Assembly: GCA_008636045.1 (NCBI GenBank)
Contig: SNRW01000024.1
Coordinates: 1-40,180, forward strand
Length of the DNA stretch: 40,180 nucleotides
Origin: Streblomastix strix
Taxonomy: Eukaryota
Direction: 5' to 3'
A model generated the notes under the pieces. It saw nothing but the letters and a program-made list of their open reading frames with translations, had not been told where the DNA came from and searched no databases. Position 1 is the stretch's first letter. The number at the start of each line of letters is the position of its first letter. The position numbers were made by a program, and so were the translations under genes. Below, piece by piece: positions 13,900 to 24,202 of this stretch.

Positions 13900-14504
13900 G
13901 AATTATCAAAAACATCAATGAAAAGGCGGATTGCCTTAGAAAAGTGATAGGAGAGTATATAAGAGGTTTATTCTCATTTATCTACAATTTTCAAAATTAT
14001 TCCTTTCTTAATTTATATTTAGAATATAAATCCATATGCATTTATTAACCCATCTCACAATTTTGTTGCTCTTTGTAGCAATATTCCACCATAGACTGTT
14101 GAAGCAGATTTTAGAGTTTTTCTAAGCAAATTTGGTTCAATTGAGTATAATTCTGTTTTAATAAGTTTATATTCTATCTATTTTACTATAGTTAAATTTG
14201 GTTAGAAGAAACAAACGGTAAGGAAACCCGTCAAGCTCTTGTTCTTTTCAAAAATGAAGATTCGTTGATCAAATTTGTCAGAGATACAAATTAGTTTATG
14301 ATTAATTCATCCATATTATCAGTTGAAATATGTTCTGATGAATTGGCTAAAATTGCTTTTGAAAAATTTCTACTGTTATCAGCTCAAAATAAAGAATAAA
14401 CTCGAAGTTTTTGTATTGATATATAGATTGGAAACGTGATTTCAAATGTTGGATCAAATCTTAATCGAGTTATTGAATCGAGAAATAAGATAAAAATTAA
14501 TTGA
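13900..14504 (+). CDS. RRM-like domain protein (3' exons; start not resolved)
   Basis: ALCSNIPPQTVEADFRVFLSKFGSIE, then RQALVLFKNEDSLIKFVRDTNQFMINSSILSVEIC, resemble RNP2/RNP1 and the RRM beta4 strand. TGA at 14502-14504. Confidence 0.5.
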
Positions 14505-14644
14505 TGTAATTAGTAAAACCTGTCTGGGAATGAACTTCTACTTACAAAATTTATCTGCGAACTCATTTATCAATTGACAACTTCATTTTAACACATTTCT
14601 CTTCATGAAGGAGCATTTGACATTCTTCATAACCCTTACGGATT

Positions 14645-17600
14645 ATGCTGTCTTCCTTCCAGAAGGCAAACTCACCTTTTATTAGCACATAGGGCCAGCT
14701 AAGGGCCAGGCCGTTTTTCATAAAGTGTATGATATCAGACTCATCGGCTAACCACCATACCTCCCAAAAGCAAGGTTCAGGACACGAGTACATGAACGAT
14801 TTAAATTCGGTAACACGATGGCGAATCAGTCTTTTGTCAGACGAGGAAAGGCTGAAAGTGCTGCAGGCTGCCAAATTCGATGATCTGACATTTGACGAAC
14901 GAAATGCTGATTTTGATACAAAAATGAGAGTGCTAATGAAGCATATTGTCGATCAAGACTTCAAATAGGCTGACCAGCCGCTGTCTGATGCGTCAATTCG
15001 TAAGAAACGGAAAAATAAAAGCAGCAAGATTGGTATTGCCATGAAAACAATGAAAGCTAGTGAAGGGAGAATAGTAACTGCAAATGAGTCAAGTGACAAT
15101 GAAACGCAACTGAGTGAAGATGAAATACCTGACGCGCCAAAAAATCATCAATCTACCGACCAGAAGCTAATTGAAATACTTTCTGATGAACTTGCAATAA
15201 CTATGAGATAGTTCAAGCCTCTCGGATACACTGACAGAATAGGAATTACAAGAGATCTCCACAAGTTTAGGTATCGAGGGTAATGGCCAGTTGCAAGTCC
15301 CGGTCCAAAATCACCGATTGAGAAGAATGAGTGGTTCGCCGATGCACTTTGTGCCATCACTGATGCTTAGTTAACACTCCTAGTGGCTATCCAAGAGTCT
15401 ATTGAAACGCGACCCAACTAGGAGCAGTGTGCGCATGCTTACAAAATGATATCAATTGCAGCACAAGATATGGCAAAAACTCGTGAAGATTCCAATGCAC
15501 CACCAGGCTTCAAAGCAGTAACGTAGGGAAATTTCCTACCTTCGGATGTATTCTCAGAAGAAATCATACAGAAAGCTGATAGATATATGAAGGAAATGCA
15601 GTTGGAAATGAATCTTGGAAGCATCCCACCTTTAATAAATCCATTTAATAGCGCTTACCAATAAGGTTATAACCCTCTACAGCAGCAGTTTCTATAATAG
15701 TAGACATCAATGCTACCTCCAAACTACGTCTATCCTCCGCGTGGATACTATGGCTATCAATAAAGACCAATGTTCCCTTCAGGTCGTGGGTATGATACTT
15801 TCTATAGAGGATTTGGCAAGCGTGGTCGTGGAGGAAGAGGAAAAGGATTCGTAAACACGTAGTAGTAAAGCATATAACCGCAATAAGCTTGAATAATTGA
15901 CACACCAGAAGCGCAACCTACCACACCAATTCAAGAACGTGAAGAGAAATTTCAAGAAGATCCGTTGGGGTGATAAATATGGAATGTTAATAAACTAGAT
16001 AATAATCAAATTCTTGCGAGATTGATTAATTTTCTACCAGAATTGTAACAGTTAAATGCAGGTAAAACTATTCAAATTGGTTGCTCTCCTACCTGAAAAG
16101 ACTCCCTGAGTTAAAATCGATTGAGCATGAAAAGAAAAAAGATCGTATTCTAAGGTAACAAGATCATGTAGCGCTAAATGAAATAAGTGATACGAGAGGA
16201 ATTGCATCTTGGTATAATTAAGTAAATAGAAGATAAGAATGTTTAACTGTGAAATCCAGTCCACATAATCCCAAAACCGGATGGCTCTTTGAGGCGAATA
16301 ACAGATTCTAGAACATTGAATAAGGAATTAATCACGAGTAAATTCAAAATGGAAGACATTTAGTCCTTACTTTCATTAGTAGAATAAGAAGACTGGGCAT
16401 GCAGCATCGATATTAAAAGCGCTTATAATCACATCCAGGTATCAAGCGAGCTACAACCTTATCTAGCTTTTTCAGTGGGAAAGAAGACATATACTCATAT
16501 TGGAATGCCCTTTGGCATTTCAATCGCCCCAAGAATCTTCTCAAAAACACTCTCACCAGCAATCACAAAGATCAGAGAGACGAGCGAAGTGAAAATAATC
16601 AGTTATTCAGACGATATCCTGGTACTACATTAATCAAAAGAATATCTAAGACATTAAATCTAAGTCATTGTTCAATTCCTGAAGAGTCTATGATGGGTAA
16701 TTTCGGAGAAAAAATCAAGATTGAACCTATCTTAGGAGTTCATCTTCCTGGGAAGGAAAATCAATGCATCAAGGATGGAGATTAGCTTGCCTAAGGATAA
16801 GAAGGGCTCCTTAATCTACTTCCTCAAGCAATAGATACATAACATATACAGGAATCAGTGGTAAACCGCAAAACAAGTAGCAAGTATGATTGAAAGAGTC
16901 ATTCACACCACAGTACAATTCTAACGAGGAGCTCTACACGTCAAATAAATAAGTAAAGAAATGAATAGAATAGTCAAACATAAGGGCTGGGATGGTAGAG
17001 TGTATCTCACAACGAAGTGTCTAGCAGAACTGGAGTGGTGGATAACCCAAATATACAATAACAAACCCCGAAAAATAATATAATGGATATAGGAAGCAGT
17101 GATAGCATCAGACGCGGCTCTTAGTGGCTGGGGAGCGACTCTACAAATCAACAACATGGATCCAATTAGGATATTTGGAAGATGGTACTACCTGAGACCC
17201 ACATCTAATCAAAGGGAGATATCAGCAATTTATCTGGCATTGTAACGATTCGAAGCTACTCTCCAAGCAACGAATATTAAATGTCTAAAGATATAGAGCG
17301 ACAATAGCACCGCGTGTTTCTGTCCGATGAGAAAAAGAGCAGCATTTTCAATTCATAAACAAATAGATAAGATATTAGCAATAATCGAACAAAATGGATG
17401 GATAATAAAAGTAGAACACATCAAGGGAGTGGACAACAAGGAACCAGATGCTTTATCTAGACTAGCGAGAGCTGGCGACTACCAGATCAAATCGGATATC
17501 TTAATGAAAGTACTTCAGTTATAGCATATATTAATTACTCTAGATGCATTTGCGAGCAGACGTAACGCCAAGCACAAGAGGTACTACTCAATTTAGAACG

Positions 17601-18765
17601 ATAATAGAGCTTTAGGATAAGATAGTCTCCTCTATAGTTGGAAAGGAGAACTTCCATTACTCCACCCTCCAATACCGCTAATTTCACGAGTCATCTAAAA
17701 GGTTATTAACGAACAAATAACAGCTATTTTAATTATACCGCAGTGGACAAGCCAACCATGGTGGTCACAACTTAAAGGCATATGGATGATTCCGCCCAAA
17801 GATGACATCTACAGTTTTATTTGCTAAAATTATTTAAAATAAATTTATTAACAATTTTCATAAATATAAAAATCAAAATTTTGCTTAATTGAAAAAAATG
17901 TAAAAAATAAAAATTTCATTTTTATGCCTCAAAAATGCATTATAAGTTTAACATTTTTATTCAAATTAATTAATATAAATATTTTAGTTACAATTATTAC
18001 AAATTTCTTTATTATTCACGGCAAGGGCAAAAACAATCAGCCATTTTTAATTTTTTTAGATTTTTGCTTAATACAATGATTCATACGTTTTTCTTTTGAT
18101 AATTTAGTTTAATAAATATTATTTTACAATTGGTTTTATGACTATATTTATTTTTTGTTATAAATGTTACGCGCAATTTGCAAAAAAAAATGAAAAAACG
18201 TTTTTAAACATCGAAAGATTACAATTTTTTTTGATTATTTATTATAAAATAACTAATATTTAAAATAGTATAAAATTATTAAAAAAAAACAATAAATGTG
18301 TTTGAAATAATCGTAAAAATTAAAAAATTTAAAAAATCGAATTTCTGCCTCATTTGCCGCGAAAAATATAATATTTTACGTTAAATTTGACTGAAAATAA
18401 AATTAAATAAAAATTAAATTAATATTTACAAAAACACAATCAGATTCAAGAAAAAAATTCGGAATTATATTTTTTGCACTTTTTTCTAGATATGCAAAAT
18501 TAAGTTTTTTACATTTACGAAAATTATTTTTAAAATTATTTTAAATATTTTTATATAAAAAAATTTGCAATGTTGCTCGAGGGCGGAACCATCCATATCA
18601 ATGATGAATTTAACATTGGGTTAGAGCGAGGAGAATCTGATTCCGGGACCGAAAATGAAGAAGATGTAGTGGAAACTTCCTCTGGGGAAGATAATGATTT
18701 CACTGGTCAGAGGGGTGAACTTGGAGAAGCTCGCTTCAAATAATGCTTACAAAAATCTGGGTTGA
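14645..18765 (+). pseudogene. DIRS gag-RT-RNase H-methyltransferase polyprotein, single frame, disrupted
   Basis: RT: KFKMED, IDIKSAYNHI, GMPFGISIAPRIF, YSDD (16604-16615), FIFLG. RNase H: SDAALSGWGA, SNQREISAI, QSDNST, HIKGVDNKEPDALSR. MTase: LDAFAS, LHPPIPLI, PQWTSQPWW. In-frame TGA at 15890, 15971, 16094, 16250 and 16691; MITE at 17783-18595. Confidence 0.9.
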
Positions 18766-19770
18766 CCTCTAGATCTATCAATAACATAAAAAGATCATGG
18801 AGAGGGTCATGGAGACGTCACGCATGCTCACTTTCATCTTTCTTCGAATATTGGTAACAACAAAGAAAAGCAATAGAGCAGCTAGCAGAAACTGAAGAAT
18901 CATATCTAATAATAGTTAACTACATATCAATGAAGTTAGATAGCGAACACACAGATGCATCTATAATTCAATCACGAACTTCGCTATCTGTACTGTTTGA
19001 ATTGATGGGGAAAATAAAGATAAAATAAGAAACAAAACAATTGAGTAGATAATGAAAGGCTTGGTTACAAGAAGAAGAAAAACTTAAAAAGAAGAACAAA
19101 TATTGGAATTAAATACTCTGTTGGATTAAATCTAAAGCTAAGTGGAAAGAAGAGATGAAGGAAATCTTGATCAAAAATCACTAATGAAAATCGTTCTTAT
19201 TCTATTCATGATATATATAGTGTATGCAGACTTGCAGAATTATAAAGAGCAGAACTTGATGTTACTAAATAGCATGAAGGAATCATCATAATCAAAATAG
19301 ATCTTGGAAAAGGAAAATCTGGAGATCTTGAAGTCACATTATCAGAAGTAAGTAATGACAAGGTCTGCCCTGTAAAATGGTGGCGATCGTGGAGTGACAA
19401 AAGAAAACTAAAGAACGAATGGAGTCAAATGCAAATATGGAGAAATAGCAATGAAGAACAGAACTGGACTTGCGATCAGTGCAGCAAAGGCATAAGAGAG
19501 ATTATGAGAGCAGCTGGCATTGAAAAGAAGTAAGCAGTCACTTCCATTCGAAAAGCTTCAATATCTGCAATGATTAAATTAGGAAAATCGAAATAAGAAA
19601 TTGATCGATGGAGCAGACATAGCGAAGCAGCTGCAACAGTTCGCATGTTCTATGATGCTAACAATAACACAGAGAGAAGAAATGCAATATCAAAGTGCAC
19701 AAGCGAACAAATGTAAAATAAGAAATAAAATGATAAAAACTAAATAAAGTATGTAAGGATAGATGCTTGA
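15979..19770 (+). pseudogene. DIRS tyrosine recombinase ORF; long N-terminal part overlaps pol in the -1 frame, YR domain about 18700-19680
   Basis: CRLAEL, CPVKWW, VTSIRKASIS, IDRWSRHS and TVRMFYD supply the catalytic R..R-H-Y residues. Frameshifts near 19011-19015 and in the (AT)n at 19211-19219, one TGA at 16891, and the MITE insertion. Confidence 0.85.
17783..18595. mobile_element. 813-bp non-autonomous fold-back DNA transposon (MITE)
   Basis: TIRs TGGATGATTCCGCCC (17783-17797) and GGGCGGAACCATCCA (18581-18595) match 14/15. TA lies on both sides, and removal restores GGC ATA TCA in pol. Confidence 0.92.
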
Positions 19771-19858
19771 AGAAGCTCATCCACAAAGATTCCTTAAGGA
19801 TTTAATAAATATAAAATATGAATTATAAAAAGGATGAGAAGGGAATTATGACGAGGTT

Positions 19859-20322
19859 GTAATGTAACAAACTTAGCGATACATACGATGAAACACACAT
19901 GAATTCATAAAGAAAATTATTTTTACACCATGTTTTAACTTACTAAACACTAATTCATCGGTCAAACATCATACTCAACCAATAATCAACAGTCAATTCT
20001 CTTATCAAGATCCATTTCATCGAATACATATAACCTTACGTATTATCTCATGATAACACCATTTTCAATTTCATTTTTATAAACTAAAACCACCTCGAGC
20101 CCCGAGACCCAAGACACCAATACTTTTCCAATTATTTTACTAAAATCACTTATAGCTCATTTTCTCATTTATTTTTCTATTTTCATTATTTATAATTATT
20201 TTCTTCAAATTCCATCCTTTTACAAGTTTCATCAACTTTACCGATATATTTGGTAATTACCACAATTTCATTATTTATCCCATTATTTTTCATAAATCAT
20301 CGCAAAACTAAATCTTACCATA
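19859..20322. other. Unique 464-bp palindrome spacer, probably the DIRS 3' non-coding/terminal region
   Basis: The only non-mirrored segment apart from the gaps. It is G-poor on + and purine-rich on -, like the sense strand of the minus-strand DIRS copy. Confidence 0.65.
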
Positions 20323-20410
20323 AACCTCGTCATAATTCCCTTCTCATCCTTTTTATAATTCATATTTTATATTTATTAAATCCTTAAGGAATCTTTGTGG
20401 ATGAGCTTCT

Positions 20411-23400
20411 TCAAGCATCTATCCTTACATACTTTATTTAGTTTTTATCATTTTATTTCTTATTTTACATTTGTTCGCTTGTGCACTTTGATATTGCATT
20501 TCTTCTCTCTGTGTTATTGTTAGCATCATAGAACATGCGAACTGTTGCAGCTGCTTCGCTATGTCTGCTCCATCGATCAATTTCTTATTTCGATTTTCCT
20601 AATTTAATCATTGCAGATATTGAAGCTTTTCGAATGGAAGTGACTGCTTACTTCTTTTCAATGCCAGCTGCTCTCATAATCTCTCTTATGCCTTTGCTGC
20701 ACTGATCGCAAGTCCAGTTCTGTTCTTCATTGCTATTTCTCCATATTTGCATTTGACTCCATTCGTTCTTTAGTTTTCTTTTGTCACTCCACGATCGCCA
20801 CCATTTTACAGGGCAGACCTTGTCATTACTTACTTCTGATAATGTGACTTCAAGATCTCCAGATTTTCCTTTTCCAAGATCTATTTTGATTATGATGATT
20901 CCTTCATGCTATTTAGTAACATCAAGTTCTGCTCTTTATAATTCTGCAAGTCTGCATACACTATATATATCATGAATAGAATAAGAACGATTTTCATTAG
21001 TGATTTTTGATCAAGATTTCCTTCATCTCTTCTTTCCACTTAGCTTTAGATTTAATCCAACAGAGTATTTAATTCCAATATTTGTTCTTCTTTTTAAGTT
21101 TTTCTTCTTCTTGTAACCAAGCCTTTCATTATCTACTCAATTGTTTTGTTTCTTATTTTATCTTTATTTTCCCCATCAATTCAAACAGTACAGATAGCGA
21201 AGTTCGTGATTGAATTATAGATGCATCTGTGTGTTCGCTATCTAACTTCATTGATATGTAGTTAACTATTATTAGATATGATTCTTCAGTTTCTGCTAGC
21301 TGCTCTATTGCTTTTCTTTGTTGTTACCAATATTCGAAGAAAGATGAAAGTGAGCATGCGTGACGTCTCCATGACCCTCTCCATGATCTTTTTATGTTAT
21401 TGATAGATCTAGAGGTCAACCCAGATTTTTGTAAGCATTATTTGAAGCGAGCTTCTCCAAGTTCACCCCTCTGACCAGTGAAATCATTATCTTCCCCAGA
21501 GGAAGTTTCCACTACATCTTCTTCATTTTCGGTCCCGGAATCAGATTCTCCTCGCTCTAACCCAATGTTAAATTCATCATTGATATGGATGGTTCCGCCC
21601 TCGAGCAACATTGCAAATTTTTTTATATAAAAATATTTAAAATAATTTTAAAAATAATTTTCGTAAATGTAAAAAACTTAATTTTGCATATCTAGAAAAA
21701 AGTGCAAAAAATATAATTCCGAATTTTTTTCTTGAATCTGATTGTGTTTTTGTAAATATTAATTTAATTTTTATTTAATTTTATTTTCAGTCAAATTTAA
21801 CGTAAAATATTATATTTTTCGCGGCAAATGAGGCAGAAATTCGATTTTTTAAATTTTTTAATTTTTACGATTATTTCAAACACATTTATTGTTTTTTTTT
21901 AATAATTTTATACTATTTTAAATATTAGTTATTTTATAATAAATAATCAAAAAAAATTGTAATCTTTCGATGTTTAAAAACGTTTTTTCATTTTTTTTTG
22001 CAAATTGCGCGTAACATTTATAACAAAAAATAAATATAGTCATAAAACCAATTGTAAAATAATATTTATTAAACTAAATTATCAAAAGAAAAACGTATGA
22101 ATCATTGTATTAAGCAAAAATCTAAAAAAATTAAAAATGGCTGATTGTTTTTGCCCTTGCCGTGAATAATAAAGAAATTTGTAATAATTGTAACTAAAAT
22201 ATTTATATTAATTAATTTGAATAAAAATGTTAAACTTATAATGCATTTTTGAGGCATAAAAATGAAATTTTTATTTTTTACATTTTTTTCAATTAAGCAA
22301 AATTTTGATTTTTATATTTATGAAAATTGTTAATAAATTTATTTTAAATAATTTTAGCAAATAAAACTGTAGATGTCATCTTTGGGCGGAATCATCCATA
22401 TGCCTTTAAGTTGTGACCACCATGGTTGGCTTGTCCACTGCGGTATAATTAAAATAGCTGTTATTTGTTCGTTAATAACCTTTTAGATGACTCGTGAAAT
22501 TAGCGGTATTGGAGGGTGGAGTAATGGAAGTTCTCCTTTCCAACTATAGAGGAGACTATCTTATCCTAAAGCTCTATTATCGTTCTAAATTGAGTAGTAC
22601 CTCTTGTGCTTGGCGTTACGTCTGCTCGCAAATGCATCTAGAGTAATTAATATATGCTATAACTGAAGTACTTTCATTAAGATATCCGATTTGATCTGGT
22701 AGTCGCCAGCTCTCGCTAGTCTAGATAAAGCATCTGGTTCCTTGTTGTCCACTCCCTTGATGTGTTCTACTTTTATTATCCATCCATTTTGTTCGATTAT
22801 TGCTAATATCTTATCTATTTGTTTATGAATTGAAAATGCTGCTCTTTTTCTCATCGGACAGAAACACGCGGTGCTATTGTCGCTCTATATCTTTAGACAT
22901 TTAATATTCGTTGCTTGGAGAGTAGCTTCGAATCGTTACAATGCCAGATAAATTGCTGATATCTCCCTTTGATTAGATGTGGGTCTCAGGTAGTACCATC
23001 TTCCAAATATCCTAATTGGATCCATGTTGTTGATTTGTAGAGTCGCTCCCCAGCCACTAAGAGCCGCGTCTGATGCTATCACTGCTTCCTATATCCATTA
23101 TATTATTTTTCGGGGTTTGTTATTGTATATTTGGGTTATCCACCACTCCAGTTCTGCTAGACACTTCGTTGTGAGATACACTCTACCATCCCAGCCCTTA
23201 TGTTTGACTATTCTATTCATTTCTTTACTTATTTATTTGACGTGTAGAGCTCCTCGTTAGAATTGTACTGTGGTGTGAATGACTCTTTCAATCATACTTG
23301 CTACTTGTTTTGCGGTTTACCACTGATTCCTGTATATGTTATGTATCTATTGCTTGAGGAAGTAGATTAAGGAGCCCTTCTTATCCTTAGGCAAGCTAAT

Positions 23401-24202
23401 CTCCATCCTTGATGCATTGATTTTCCTTCCCAGGAAGATGAACTCCTAAGATAGGTTCAATCTTGATTTTTTCTCCGAAATTACCCATCATAGACTCTTC
23501 AGGAATTGAACAATGACTTAGATTTAATGTCTTAGATATTCTTTTGATTAATGTAGTACCAGGATATCGTCTGAATAACTGATTATTTTCACTTCGCTCG
23601 TCTCTCTGATCTTTGTGATTGCTGGTGAGAGTGTTTTTGAGAAGATTCTTGGGGCGATTGAAATGCCAAAGGGCATTCCAATATGAGTATATGTCTTCTT
23701 TCCCACTGAAAAAGCTAGATAAGGTTGTAGCTCGCTTGATACCTGGATGTGATTATAAGCGCTTTTAATATCGATGCTGCATGCCCAGTCTTCTTATTCT
23801 ACTAATGAAAGTAAGGACTAAATGTCTTCCATTTTGAATTTACTCGTGATTAATTCCTTATTCAATGTTCTAGAATCTGTTATTCGCCTCAAAGAGCCAT
23901 CCGGTTTTGGGATTATGTGGACTGGATTTCACAGTTAAACATTCTTATCTTCTATTTACTTAATTATACCAAGATGCAATTCCTCTCGTATCACTTATTT
24001 CATTTAGCGCTACATGATCTTGTTACCTTAGAATACGATCTTTTTTCTTTTCATGCTCAATCGATTTTAACTCAGGGAGTCTTTTCAGGTAGGAGAGCAA
24101 CCAATTTGAATAGTTTTACCTGCATTTAACTGTTACAATTCTGGTAGAAAATTAATCAATCTCGCAAGAATTTGATTATTATCTAGTTTATTAACATTCC
24201 AT
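20411..24202 (-). pseudogene. DIRS tyrosine recombinase ORF, mirror copy
   Basis: Reverse complement of 15979..19770. Confidence 0.83.

Larger units (their letters stand above)
14505..19858 (+). mobile_element. DIRS-type tyrosine-recombinase retrotransposon, decayed copy (boundaries approximate)
   Basis: Intronless region with higher GC, encoding gag-like, RT, RNase H, Dam-like MTase and YR domains in DIRS order. Confidence 0.92.

Noticed and set aside
15890..16693. TGA reassigned to Trp
   Set aside because: All host genes end in TGA and TGG is used freely. One TGA replaces an expected Gly, and the element also has frameshifts, so decay explains the pattern.
17783..18595. Insertion as a ciliate-type TA-bounded IES or as an intron
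   Set aside because: It has no GT-AG ends, it has transposon-like TIRs, and the host ORFs are already dead from other lesions. Nothing in the sequence indicates programmed excision.
14563..19400. Minus-strand ORFs in the track over the DIRS (e.g. 14563..14874, 15645..15905, 16921..17157)
   Set aside because: They are antisense shadows of the real coding frames with no recognisable motifs.
14645..19770. Prokaryotic RT system (retron/DGR) or prophage integrase module
   Set aside because: The RT-RNaseH-MT-YR order and motifs match eukaryotic DIRS retrotransposons, and the region uses the host TAR=Gln code.
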